This document shows positions 1 to 9,985 of a stretch of 64,000 nt of DNA, in pieces. Every line of letters begins with the position of its first letter. Positions within the stretch are counted from its first letter, which is position 1. The stretch is from an uncultured Acidobacteriota bacterium (lineage in GTDB: Bacteria; Acidobacteriota; UBA6911; CAINFC01), in NCBI GenBank assembly GCA_903847975.1, contig CAINFC010000322.1:12405-76404 (forward strand). Direction: 5' to 3'. A program made the position numbers and the translations under genes. The notes under the pieces were generated by a model, which saw nothing but the letters and a program-made list of their open reading frames with translations, made no database searches and was not told the origin of the DNA.

Positions 1-1110
1 ATCGTCGATGCGATTTTCGATCGGGGTGCCGGTCAGGACAAAGGCGTAGCGGCTCTGCAGGCGCTTGACCGCCTGCGCCGTTTTGGTGTTCCAGTTTTTA
101 ATGCGCTGCGCTTCGTCCAGGATGACGATATCGGGCTGCAGCTGCCGGTTGACGTCGAGCGAATCGGAGAGCATCTGTTCGTAATTGACCAGGGTGAAGA
201 ACGGGGCGCCGGCATATTGCAGGAGCCGCTTGGAGCGCATCCCGTAAACCAGCTGATATGGGAGGGAAGTAAACCGTTGGATCTGTTCTTCCCATTCGGT
301 TTTCAGAGAAGCCGGGGCCACCACCAGCGCCCGCCGGGCCTTGCCCAGCCGGTGCAGGAGGGCACAGGCGGCAATGGCTTGAATGGTTTTACCCAGGCCC
401 ATTTCATCGGCCAGCAGCGCTCTTTCGGTAAAAGCCAGATGCAGCATCCCTTCCCGCTGATAGGGATAGAGCGACACCAGCGTTTCCTGACCCGGCCAGG
501 CCCCCGACTGCACTTTCTGTTCATAGTCCCGCCAGGCCAGTTTGCGCTCCTGGGCGCGCCGGCACGCTTCCAGCCAGGGAGCCACATCCTGGGAAATGCG
601 CAGCGAAACGCCTCCCGCTTTCCGGAGGAGATCGGCAGCTTGTTCCGGGTCCTCCAGGAGAACCAGACCCTGACGGTCGATCCACGGCGCCAGGCCCGGC
701 GGCCGTTTGCTTCCTTCGACCCGCAGTCTTCCGGAAGAGATATCCGGGACGACATCCAGGCGGTCCGAGCCGGAGGCTTGGGCCTTCGCGAACAATCGCT
801 TAAACCGGGCCTGCAGATCCAGCAGCACGGCTTCCACATGCTTGCAGGTGCCGAGCGCATTGATGCGGAAATCGATGCAGGTACAGGAAAAGCGTCTCTG
901 GGCAAGATCGCGGATTTCGACGGTGTAGGTCAGGCCGCTTTTGGATTGTACGGAAAAATTGGAAAAGACCGGAAAACGGGCATCGAGATTGCGCACCAGC
1001 CAGGGTTCGGTTTGGGCGCGATGCCGCCGGCGCTCGATTTCCTCTTCATCGGAAGTGTTCCAATTGTGAATTGAGGGAGGCTTCTGCGGGGGGTCCGGTT
1101 TCTTTTTCAT
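1..1110 (-). CDS. SWIM zinc finger + SNF2-family (DEAD/DEAH-like) helicase, 5' part; runs off the window edge
   Basis: Manual translation of a frame missing from the ORF track: MKKKPDPPQKP...; SWIM motif CTCIDFRINALGTCKH; LYPYQREG, LLADEMGLGKT (motif I), ILDEAQRIKN (motif II), LTGTPIEN (motif III); open to base 1. Confidence 0.93.
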   Translation of the reverse strand, partial: MKKKPDPPQKPPSIHNWNTSDEEEIERRRHRAQTEPWLVRNLDARFPVFSNFSVQSKSGLTYTVEIRDLAQRRFSCTCIDFRINALGTCKHVEAVLLDLQARFKRLFAKAQASGSDRLDVVPDISSGRLRVEGSKRPPGLAPWIDRQGLVLLEDPEQAADLLRKAGGVSLRISQDVAPWLEACRRAQERKLAWRDYEQKVQSGAWPGQETLVSLYPYQREGMLHLAFTERALLADEMGLGKTIQAIAACALLHRLGKARRALVVAPASLKTEWEEQIQRFTSLPYQLVYGMRSKRLLQYAGAPFFTLVNYEQMLSDSLDVNRQLQPDIVILDEAQRIKNWNTKTAQAVKRLQSRYAFVLTGTPIENRIDD

Positions 1111-1276
1111 ATTTGTTTTCTTTCCCTGGAATAAAAGGCATTAAAGGGCCTGATGAGTATAAAAAGGAAAAAGGATCTTTTCAAGGCGGGGCATCGCAAA
1201 TCAATGGCGAAGCCCGACGCGCCGGCCTTCGGCATTCCCCCCCTGCTCCAAGGCACCCCTGCGGGAGGAAATGGGC

Positions 1277-3340
1277 TCAGTGAATCAGCAGACTGGTGAA
1301 TATACGCGGCGAGACAAATCCGCCGGTCCCTTCATCATAAAGGGCATTCTCGAAAGGAAAAACTCCGCCGCGCATTTCGATTCCACGGATGGAAATGCCA
1401 TGCGCATTCCGGATCTGAATTCCGGCAGGATACGGCTTCCACACGCCGGTAGTCCGGTGACAGATCAAATTGGCAAAAAGGATATTCCGGGAGTCCTTCA
1501 GATAGATGCCCAGCGTCTTCTCGCAGCCCCGGTCCTCTTCCAGCTGCAACGCATAAAAGGACCAGTTTTCCACATCCTCGAGTTTGACCTCCAGATCCTG
1601 ATGATGCTCCACGGAAACCTCGTACAGCTTTCCGGGCGTGCTGGTTTTGCTCACGTAAAACGCCAGTTTCGGTCTCCGGTCGTTGATCCAGAAGTTTTTA
1701 AATATCCCCGCGCCGCCCTCCGTGATCCACAGGGAATGGGTTTGTCCTTTTCCGGGCTGCCCGGGTCCCTCCCCGCCGGTAAAAAGTCCGTCCGCAAGGT
1801 AGGAGGAAGCGCCGGCCATCCACTGGATTCCGATCACCCCCGGATTGTGGCCGAAATTGAAGCCGATTCCGGAAATGCCGTTGGCGCCTCCCTTCGGAGC
1901 GATCAGCACGGGCCGGCCCGATGGCGCCTGCTCAAAACCGGCGGTTCCGTCTTTCAATATCCATTGGGTCATAAAAGGATGTAAGCCGATCCATCTGGTC
2001 TGCTCGTGCATGGTCAGGGTCCGGGAGATCACGTATTTCCCCATGGGCACATAGATGGTGCGATGCCGGGCCATGGCCTTTTCAAAAATATCCGTGCAAT
2101 CGGTAACCCCGTCTCCCTTGGCCCCCAGCCCGGTAATATCGATCCAGGTGGAAGGATGCGGCAGGGGCGGAATATCCCGCGGCGTGAATTCTCCCAGCGC
2201 CTCGACAGGTGCCTGATCCATCCGGGTGGTAAAAACGACCGGCCCCTCCCGGCCGGGAGGCAGTTCCAGGTGCAATCCGTGGCTGAAGCTTTTTACGGCA
2301 TACACCGGGGCCGGGGCCTCGAAGTCCATCTTCACTTCCCCTTTGGACCATCCCTGGGTCCTTCCCGAAAACCGCACCGTATAAGGGACCCGGGACAGCT
2401 TGAGGTTGTCCAGGTTCACCTGCAGATCGGGGGGAACGAAATTCTGAATGACCATCGCCGCCGCGGACAGGTTCTCAAACCAGGAATCTTTGACGTAGAG
2501 CTTCTCCCGGTCGGGGACCAGGATTCCGATCGGGGCATTTTGAAATCGGCTGCGGATCACCAGCATGCGCGCCCCGTTGGTAATCAGGGCCGCGTTCCGC
2601 TGCCCCTCGAAGCTGCAATCCAAAACCATGCACTGCCAGTCCGGCGGGGAGGCGTTGGTTTTGATCCCCCATTCGCCGCCGCGAAAGAAACAGTTTTCGA
2701 TCAGGTTGCCCATCTCTTCCACCGCACCGCGACCTTCTCCCACCTGGAATTCGATATTCTCCAGGGCGCACACCTGGGCCACATGGTAACGGACGGCGAC
2801 AGCCGCCGGGTTTCCTTTTCCTATCTCGAAATTGATATTGTTGATCCCGGAATAAAAGGTGACCCAGGTGCCGTCGATAAATTCCGGAGTCTGCCAGGTG
2901 CCGGGCTGCGGGCTCCTGGCGCTGCCGGGGCTCTGGCAGAAGTGGACCATGTACTTGCGATCGCCTTCCTGAAAGCCCGGCGTGCGATCGCCCAGCCGGA
3001 AAACGGGCCGCCTGTTTCCATAGCCGATCAGGCGGATCCCGGACCAGAGGTAGACTGTTTTCCCCAGCCGGTAGGTGCCCTCCGGGATGAACACGATCCC
3101 GTTCCGTGATTGCTCCAGGACCCGGTCGATGGCGGCCTGAATGGCGGGAGCGTCGTCCCCCTGGCCGTCTGCCGCCACGGAAAAGTTCTCCCGGGTCAGA
3201 TAGACCGCTTTCGGATCGTTGGGCCGAATCGGAAATACCGACTCGCTTCGGGTGTTATCGAAGGAAAATAGAAACCGGGAGAAAACGGTCATCCCCAAAA
3301 GACAGAAAATCCAGACGTTCCGAAGCAGCCGCTGATTCAT
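1277..3340 (-). CDS. Secreted GH55-like / pectate_lyase_3 beta-helix glycoside hydrolase
   Basis: Start reassigned to ATG 3340 (GGAGGAG RBS, signal peptide MNQRLLRNVWIFCLLG); two repeats of the family motif (ADGQGDDAPAIQAAID and GAKGDGVTDCT). Confidence 0.8.
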   Translation of the reverse strand: MNQRLLRNVWIFCLLGMTVFSRFLFSFDNTRSESVFPIRPNDPKAVYLTRENFSVAADGQGDDAPAIQAAIDRVLEQSRNGIVFIPEGTYRLGKTVYLWSGIRLIGYGNRRPVFRLGDRTPGFQEGDRKYMVHFCQSPGSARSPQPGTWQTPEFIDGTWVTFYSGINNINFEIGKGNPAAVAVRYHVAQVCALENIEFQVGEGRGAVEEMGNLIENCFFRGGEWGIKTNASPPDWQCMVLDCSFEGQRNAALITNGARMLVIRSRFQNAPIGILVPDREKLYVKDSWFENLSAAAMVIQNFVPPDLQVNLDNLKLSRVPYTVRFSGRTQGWSKGEVKMDFEAPAPVYAVKSFSHGLHLELPPGREGPVVFTTRMDQAPVEALGEFTPRDIPPLPHPSTWIDITGLGAKGDGVTDCTDIFEKAMARHRTIYVPMGKYVISRTLTMHEQTRWIGLHPFMTQWILKDGTAGFEQAPSGRPVLIAPKGGANGISGIGFNFGHNPGVIGIQWMAGASSYLADGLFTGGEGPGQPGKGQTHSLWITEGGAGIFKNFWINDRRPKLAFYVSKTSTPGKLYEVSVEHHQDLEVKLEDVENWSFYALQLEEDRGCEKTLGIYLKDSRNILFANLICHRTTGVWKPYPAGIQIRNAHGISIRGIEMRGGVFPFENALYDEGTGGFVSPRIFTSLLIH

Positions 3341-3488
3341 AGGTCTTCTCCTCCGAGTCAAAAAGCGGATCCCGACTTTTCCATCCATCCACCCTGCAGG
3401 CCATGATCCCGCGTTGCCAATCATCTCATCATTTGCTTTGGTCTGCAACCGGATTATCGGCTTCCCTTGGGGTGATATCGGCGGCCGT

Positions 3489-5270
3489 CTATCGGATCAG
3501 TACCGGCAGGTAGCACCTGGCGGAGCCGGTAAAATCGACCGCCGTGGCGCTGGGCGGTACCGCCACCGTCCTGGATGGGGGAGAGAAGGTGTACCCGCTT
3601 CGTGAGGGAGTCACCGTATAGTTTCCCGCGGTTACCCAAAGCAACGTATAATTTCCGTCGGCATCCGTGTTTCCCGGAAGAAGCCCGCCCGAAATCGACA
3701 CGTTCTGTATTCCGTGGCCCGCGCCATCCGTTACCCGTCCGGAAATGCTGTAGACGAGGTGGCCCACGAAATCAATGCCCGTGGCACTTGGCGGCACCGT
3801 CACTTGGGCGAGCATCGGCAAAAACCGATAGCCGCTCTTCGAGGCTCCAACCCAGTGAGTGCCGGCACTAACTCCGCTTATCGTATAGTAGCCGTCCGTG
3901 TCCGAAGTCGCCGTTTTCCCGTCTGCCCCCACCGTCACCCCCCCGATGCCGTTGCTGGAGGCATCGCGTACGCGACCGGAGATGGAATAGACAGTGGACC
4001 CCGGGGAGTAGATGAACAGGCGGAGGCTGGTACTGGAGGGATCTCCCTGCACCCAGGAAACATCCCCATTGGCCCTGGTTTGCATGGAATCGTCGCGGTT
4101 TCCCCAGGAAATGCCGGCTGAGGAAATCTCCTCCGGTCCCTGCAGGAAATTGCCGCCGGCGTCGATTCTTCCCATCCAGTAGGTATTATTGTTCGTCGTT
4201 TTCCAGCCGACCAGGTATTCGTTGGAAGACAGGGAGGTGCCGATGCGGGCCATCACCGGATCGCGCTCGTAGTCGCCGCTGGTATTGGTCAGCCAGACGA
4301 AGGTGCTTGAAAAAGTACCGGTAAGGGTAGCCAGTCCGATGCCCTTTCCGGTGTAGCCCGTCTGGTCCAAGGCGTTGAAGATCACCAGCCAGGCGCTGGA
4401 CGTGAAGGCCGTCTGGCCAAGCTGGGCTGACACTTTCCCGGCACAGTTCCCATCGCAGGGAAAAACTACCTGGCTGTTGTTCACCAGGATTCCTTTGCTA
4501 TAATAGCAGTCGCTGGAGCAGACCGGCGAGAACTTGGCCAGTACCGGATGATAGCTGATCAGGCCGGCCATGGAGTGGGAGCAGCCCCATTCCCATCCTC
4601 CGGATTGCACGGCGCCGCTGTCATTCACGTAGGTCAGCTGGTCGCCGTTGTGTGTCGCAAAAGGCCCGGAATCGCCATAGACAGCGAAATAGGCGCCATA
4701 CAATCCGTTGCCGTATGCCAGCCGGCTGTCTCCAATGCTGGCATCGAAGTGAGTCTGACTTCCGTCGATGTTGGTGGTCCAGACTTCGGTCCCATTCGAA
4801 TTGCGCCTGGACAGCCACATGATCTTGGCGCCGGCATCCCACAGGAGCACGGCAAAAGAACCGTCGCTATGCGCCACCAGCCCACGCAGGGAGCGAGCGG
4901 CAAAATGGAATGTCGATCCCAGCGAGCCGCCGCTCTCGAGGACCGACACGTGGCCGTCGCCGCCACTGTCCGTCCAGCCGACCAGGGTCCGGCCGTCGCT
5001 CAGGGGTGCGTGATACAGCCTTGGCGAAATAGAACACGAACCCCATGTGCACCAACTGGAACTGGAGGCAGCCAGAGGCTGCGGGAGGGTGACGGTATGA
5101 ATGCTGATCTGATCCTTGAGACTCGTCGGCTGCAAGGGCGAGCCCGGGCCCATCCTGGTTTCGACACGGGCCGGGCCGGCCAAAAGTGGCACCAGAAGCA
5201 GGGCAAACAGGAGCAAACCCGGGCCTCCCGGACCACCCGTACTCGGTTGGGAAAGATCTTTTCTTCTCAT
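3489..5270 (-). CDS. Secreted/surface protein: uncharacterised Cys-containing N-terminal domain, two carboxypeptidase-regulatory-like (CnaB-type) Ig repeats, C-terminal YLPVLIR tail
   Basis: Hydrophobic signal LLLFALLLVPLLAG; two ~80 aa repeats each starting VYSISGRV.D..G.GI..V and ending VPPSAT.(I/V)DF.G; ends RCYLPVLIR. Confidence 0.8.
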   Translation of the reverse strand: MRRKDLSQPSTGGPGGPGLLLFALLLVPLLAGPARVETRMGPGSPLQPTSLKDQISIHTVTLPQPLAASSSSWCTWGSCSISPRLYHAPLSDGRTLVGWTDSGGDGHVSVLESGGSLGSTFHFAARSLRGLVAHSDGSFAVLLWDAGAKIMWLSRRNSNGTEVWTTNIDGSQTHFDASIGDSRLAYGNGLYGAYFAVYGDSGPFATHNGDQLTYVNDSGAVQSGGWEWGCSHSMAGLISYHPVLAKFSPVCSSDCYYSKGILVNNSQVVFPCDGNCAGKVSAQLGQTAFTSSAWLVIFNALDQTGYTGKGIGLATLTGTFSSTFVWLTNTSGDYERDPVMARIGTSLSSNEYLVGWKTTNNNTYWMGRIDAGGNFLQGPEEISSAGISWGNRDDSMQTRANGDVSWVQGDPSSTSLRLFIYSPGSTVYSISGRVRDASSNGIGGVTVGADGKTATSDTDGYYTISGVSAGTHWVGASKSGYRFLPMLAQVTVPPSATGIDFVGHLVYSISGRVTDGAGHGIQNVSISGGLLPGNTDADGNYTLLWVTAGNYTVTPSRSGYTFSPPSRTVAVPPSATAVDFTGSARCYLPVLIR

Positions 5271-5652
5271 TTGGAGAATCCTCCATGGAGAAAAAGTGGT
5301 GATGTTGGGTTGTCCTTAAATTGCCGGACAATGCCGGCCAATGCTTTTCCTGATAAAGACTGAGCTGGGAAGAGTATATCCACCGGACGGAAGGGCGTCA
5401 AGAAAAACAGTGCCGGCTGGAACGCAGGCACTTCTGCGGTCCCGGGAGGCTCTGTGCATTCGTTTTTCGGGAGGGCCTACTATCCGTCCCATGGCCACAA
5501 TTTAACCGCCGGCAGCAGAGCGGCGCGGAATGGTAACGCATCGGAATTCGCCGCCGACGGCCCGGGTTCCTTTGCAAGACATGTTCCCGGCTCATTTTTC
5601 CTCCGACCCTATGCGGCCGGATCGAAGCGCTTCCCTTCACAGAGTCCGCTGT

Positions 5653-7569
5653 CTATTTGGGCAGGCGTTCTCCGGGCAGATCGCCGATATCCCACCGCGC
5701 AATCACCAGGGCGTCGGAGAGGCCCGCGGGGAGCCGGTTCGGCAAGCCGCCTCCCGGAGGCCCGTCCCGGCCCGCGCCACCCTGCGGGCCCGGAACACCG
5801 CGGGCCATCCCCACCCCCCCCGGGCCCATCCGGGGCATCCCGCCGCGCGGCGCTCCGATCCGGTTTTCCGGCAGACTCCGCGGAGCGCTCAGGCGCTTCA
5901 GCACCTGGACCTTCCCGAAGCTGCCCGCTCCTCCGGTCCGGTTGAGGTCGGCTTCGGATCCGATCAGGAAAATGCGGCGCCCCCGGGCCCAGGCGCGGAC
6001 ATCCCTGACATATTTACTTCGGCCTTCCAGGCCCCGATAAGCCTGCATGCGGGACTGCTGCTTTTCCAGCTGCATGGGAGAAGGCCCGTCCCTGTCCGGA
6101 CCCGCCATGTCGGGCGCCTCATTCCGCCCGGGATCCGCCGCGCCGGGGCCCGCCATGCCGGGCGGAGCGGGAGGGAGCATCCCTCCGCCCGCGAAACGTC
6201 CGGCATTCCCCAGAAGCCCCTGGGAAAGAGCGGCATCGGCCAGCCTCCAGCGCCGCACGAAATCCAGATGCTGCTGGATCGGATCCCCGGCCAGAACCAC
6301 GTCCCCCTCGGCGGAGACCTCCGCCAATGAATCCGTCAGCGCGGCCAGTCCTTCCTTCTGGAGCCGGAGCATGTCGCCCTGAAAGATCTCACGGCCACCC
6401 CAACCGGCCTGCATCAGCAGCAGAACCGCCGTCATCGCCATGCGAGCGGAGCCGCCGAGGGGCCGGGTCAGCTCCTCCAGGGCCCAAACGGCGCAAAGAA
6501 TCAGCCCCGGGAACACAGGGAGCAGAAAACGCATAAACATGTTCCCTTCCCCGCCCCAGTAATACGACATGTAAAGCACCATCACCGGCAGGCTCAGAGC
6601 GGACCAGAGAATGCCGAGCCGGCGATCGGATTTCCGGCAGAGCATCAGGGTCAGGCCCATCATAGCCGGTGCCAGAAGCAGACCCAGCCCTTCGTCATTC
6701 AGGGACCGGAGGTAGCTCATCGCGTGGCTTTTGAAAAAAGCCCAGCTGAAGCCGGTCTGCTCCCGGCTCAGGGTGTAGCCGGTGCGCCAGAAGGCCCCCA
6801 GGACCAGGTGGTTGCGCACCAGGAGGGGCAGGATCGGCAGTGCGGCTCCGGCGGCGGCGGCGACATAATGCCGCAGCATGATGGGCCGGCAGCGATGGTG
6901 CTGGACGAGAAAAAGAGCCACGGCCAGCCCCATGACGGCCTCCGGGTAGCGGATCGTGGGTATGCATCCCAGCAGCAGGCCCGCCAGGAAAGCCTGCCGT
7001 AGGTGTCCTTCGCGGGACCAGCGCAGGAGTACCCCGAGCCCCCAGACCAGAAAGGCAACCACCGCCATGTGCGAGTCGCACTCCCGGGCATGCCGCAAAA
7101 ACAGCGGGTTGATCGCCAGAAACACCACTGCAAGCAATCGCCATCCTCGCGGCAGAATTTCCCCGGCCAGAAAAAATAGTCCGGCAAGAGCCGCCAGGGC
7201 CAGAACGGGATTCACCAGCAGGCTGGCCCGGTAGCCGAAGGCCAGGTAAACCGGGGCAATCAGGACGGCCAGTCCGGGCGGATAACGGCTCATGTAGTAC
7301 CCGTCGGGCGTCAGCAGCCAGTGCATGCCGACATACTGGGCCGGAGAGGACGGCAGGAAGACCGACTGGCCGGTGCGGGCGATCAGGCTGCCCTGGGCCC
7401 AGTACCCATTGGCGTCCGGCTCGGAAATGGCCGGAACGAAGCGGAGCGCAAGAAAAAGGGCAACCAGGGCCAGGAGCAGAAAAAAACCAGCCCATTCCCA
7501 GTCAAACGAAAATGAAAATCGGCGCCCTGTGTGTCCGGAAGACTTCTTCAGCCTGCCTGCATTCTCCAT
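5653..7569 (-). CDS. GT-C fold membrane glycosyltransferase (PMT_2/GT39-like, ArnT-like)
   Basis: Multiple TM helices; EPDANGY first-loop acidic motif; SRYPPG; start reassigned to ATG 7569 (MENAG); Gly/Pro-rich C-terminal loops. Confidence 0.75.
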   Translation of the reverse strand: MENAGRLKKSSGHTGRRFSFSFDWEWAGFFLLLALVALFLALRFVPAISEPDANGYWAQGSLIARTGQSVFLPSSPAQYVGMHWLLTPDGYYMSRYPPGLAVLIAPVYLAFGYRASLLVNPVLALAALAGLFFLAGEILPRGWRLLAVVFLAINPLFLRHARECDSHMAVVAFLVWGLGVLLRWSREGHLRQAFLAGLLLGCIPTIRYPEAVMGLAVALFLVQHHRCRPIMLRHYVAAAAGAALPILPLLVRNHLVLGAFWRTGYTLSREQTGFSWAFFKSHAMSYLRSLNDEGLGLLLAPAMMGLTLMLCRKSDRRLGILWSALSLPVMVLYMSYYWGGEGNMFMRFLLPVFPGLILCAVWALEELTRPLGGSARMAMTAVLLLMQAGWGGREIFQGDMLRLQKEGLAALTDSLAEVSAEGDVVLAGDPIQQHLDFVRRWRLADAALSQGLLGNAGRFAGGGMLPPAPPGMAGPGAADPGRNEAPDMAGPDRDGPSPMQLEKQQSRMQAYRGLEGRSKYVRDVRAWARGRRIFLIGSEADLNRTGGAGSFGKVQVLKRLSAPRSLPENRIGAPRGGMPRMGPGGVGMARGVPGPQGGAGRDGPPGGGLPNRLPAGLSDALVIARWDIGDLPGERLPK

Positions 7570-7958
7570 TGGAATCTCCGTTGCCGCTCTGTTCGATATT
7601 GTGCCGCTACCCGATCCGGTGTGAACAAGTATCCCTGAATCGGTTTTTTCGTCAAGGCCCGCCGTCGTGCGGCGGGCAGCTGCGGAAAAAGTGCACACCC
7701 CTTCTCTCCTCTCCCTTCCTTTTGTCGATGGCGATTGCAGGAAATTTTTCCCGGCCGTCAAAAAGGATGGCTTCGCAAAAAATCCTGCTCCGCGTCAGGA
7801 CGGCCCTGACTGCTTCGCGTGATGTAAACTATAGGAAACAGGAAGGCGAAGCTTTTGAGACAAAAAAGAGGGCAGCGAAAAAGTGCGGGCTTGCGGCGGG
7901 AAGGATCCTGCCCTGCTGCCCTGAACATCCGGGGCCTCGCATTTTGTTGCCCACAGAG

Positions 7959-8891
7959 ATGAAACCGAATTCGGAAACAGACCACCCGACTCACGGGCCA
8001 TCGACCCTGCTCGGGCTACTGGCCATTCTGCTGTGGAGCAGCACCTTCGGCTTCGCCCGCAGCATCGCGGTTTCTTTCGGCGCTCTCCGATCGGGCGCCA
8101 TGGTTTTCCTGACTGCCGGACTGCTTTCGCTCCTCTGGGCCCTGCGAAAAAGCCGCCCGCCGTGTAAAGGGAGTCCCTTGGCCCTTGCTGCCCCGGGCAA
8201 ACCGCGCCGGCAGCTGGCGGCATGCGGACTTCTTTTTGTCGTCTACCTGGTATGCCTTTACCTGGCTATCGGCCTTGCGGCGAATGACAGCCAGGTTTTG
8301 CTCGTCGGGCTGATCAACTACCTCTGGCCGGCAGCCACTCTGGCTTTGGCCGTTCCCATTTTCGGACTCCGGATGCGCCGGTTTTTCCCCCTTGGCCTGC
8401 TGCTGGCACTGTTCGGCCTGGCACTGGCCACCGGCTCCCGGCCCCCCCCCGGCGACAGTCTCTCCCATCCGACGGCCTATTGGATCATGTTTCTGGGGAT
8501 GCTGTCGTGGTCCCTTTTTTCCGACCTCAACCGGGCCTGGAGTGCTTCCTGGCGCGGCAGCCCGGTTGGATTCTTTCTTACGGGAGGGGGATTGACCCTG
8601 GGGATCCTAAGCCTGCTGCTTCCGGAGCCGTTTACCTGGTCCTGGACTGCCGGAATCCAGTGCGCCTACATGGCCCTGGGCCCGGGCTGGCTGGCCTACA
8701 GCTTCTGGGACACCGGCACCCGGCGCGGCAATCTGCTGTTCCTGGCCAGTGCCAGCTACCTCACCCCGGTTCTTTCCTCTCTGGTGACTTCCTGGATGCT
8801 GCACCTCACACCCTCGGGCGCTTTCTGGGCGGGAACGATGCTCCTGGTTGCCGGCGCCGTCGTCTCCCGGCTCGGCCTCATCGACTCCTGA
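7959..8891 (+). CDS. EamA/DMT-family transporter (YddG-like exporter)
   Basis: About 10 TM helices; LLGLLAILLWSST, INYLWP and ASYLTPVLS motifs typical of YddG-like DMTs; ATG at 7959. Confidence 0.85.
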   Translation: MKPNSETDHPTHGPSTLLGLLAILLWSSTFGFARSIAVSFGALRSGAMVFLTAGLLSLLWALRKSRPPCKGSPLALAAPGKPRRQLAACGLLFVVYLVCLYLAIGLAANDSQVLLVGLINYLWPAATLALAVPIFGLRMRRFFPLGLLLALFGLALATGSRPPPGDSLSHPTAYWIMFLGMLSWSLFSDLNRAWSASWRGSPVGFFLTGGGLTLGILSLLLPEPFTWSWTAGIQCAYMALGPGWLAYSFWDTGTRRGNLLFLASASYLTPVLSSLVTSWMLHLTPSGAFWAGTMLLVAGAVVSRLGLIDS

Positions 8892-8982
8892 TGCGGCGTA
8901 GCGGCTGCCGGCTCTTTTGATTTCTCCCGGAACAATGGCATACAATCTACCGAACCCATATTTTCTTCCTTGCGAGCCGAAC

Positions 8983-9984
8983 ATGAAAAAAAGCTATTTT
9001 GTCCTTCTTCTTCTGACTCTGACCGTCTGGGGTGCCGTCGATTACCCGAAAACGGAAATCGGCAACGGCCTGATCCAGGCAAAACTGTATTTGCCGGACG
9101 CCCGGAACGGCTTCTACCGCTCCACGCGGTTCGACTGGGCCGGCACGATCTACGAACTGCAGTACAAAGGGCACACCTTTTTCGCACCCTGGGTCCGGCA
9201 GCATGATCCGGAGCTACGCGATGTGGAGTACCGCGCTGCTTTGAACGGATTTGCCGCCGGGACGAGAAGCGCCAACATCGGACCGGTCGAAGAGTTCAGC
9301 CTGCCTCTGGGCTATGACCAGGCCGCGGTCGGGGGCACTTTCATCAAAGTCGGAGTCGGAGCGCTGCGCAAGCCGGAGGAGCCCAAATACCAGTGGGCTA
9401 CCCCCTATGAGCTGGTCGATCCAGGCCAGTGGACGGCCCGCAGCGGTCCGGATTCCGTCGAGTTCACCCAGAAGCTGGCCGGCGGCGGCTTCGCCTACAC
9501 CTACCGCAAAACCGTGCGCCTTACCCCGGGCAAGCCGGAGCTGGTGCTGGAGCACAGCCTGCAGAATACCGGGCAGAAGCCCATCGACACCCTGGTTTAC
9601 AATCACAATTTTCTGACCATGGACGACCAGCCGACCGGCCCGGATTTTTCGATCCGGCTCCCCTTCGAAATTAAAGATGCCGTGGACAATCTGGGCGTGG
9701 TCCGGATCCGGGGCAAGGAAATCGGCTATAGCCGCGAGCTGGAAAAGGACGAGCGCTCCATGATCCAGGTCTCCGGCTTTGGGGCCACCGCGGCCGACTA
9801 CGACATCCGCGTGGAAAACCGCAGGACGGGAGCCGGCGTGCGGATCACCGCGGACCGGCCGCTGGCGCGCCTGGTGGTCTGGTCCGTCCGGCCGACGCGC
9901 TGCCCCGAGCCGTTCATCCGCGTGGCGGCCGATCCGGGGAAGGAGTTCACCTGGCGCATCACCTATGAATTTTACGCACGATAG
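8983..9984 (+). CDS. Secreted hypothetical protein with probable galactose-mutarotase-like beta-sandwich fold
   Basis: Signal peptide MKKSYFVLLLLTLTVWG; beta-rich sequence; YNHNF and C-terminal CPEPF..(PG)...W...Y pattern resembling aldose-1-epimerase-like proteins. Confidence 0.6.
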   Translation: MKKSYFVLLLLTLTVWGAVDYPKTEIGNGLIQAKLYLPDARNGFYRSTRFDWAGTIYELQYKGHTFFAPWVRQHDPELRDVEYRAALNGFAAGTRSANIGPVEEFSLPLGYDQAAVGGTFIKVGVGALRKPEEPKYQWATPYELVDPGQWTARSGPDSVEFTQKLAGGGFAYTYRKTVRLTPGKPELVLEHSLQNTGQKPIDTLVYNHNFLTMDDQPTGPDFSIRLPFEIKDAVDNLGVVRIRGKEIGYSRELEKDERSMIQVSGFGATAADYDIRVENRRTGAGVRITADRPLARLVVWSVRPTRCPEPFIRVAADPGKEFTWRITYEFYAR

Positions 9985-9985
9985 C

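Noticed and set aside
303-905. ORF-track minus-strand 200 aa protein
   Set aside because: Wrong frame; the real SWIM-SNF2 gene is in the frame 1110 to 1
5271-5652. Long leader as a possible riboswitch (also checked 24026-24274 and 63400-63590)
   Set aside because: No conserved riboswitch core recognisable by eye; an Rfam scan would be needed to exclude one
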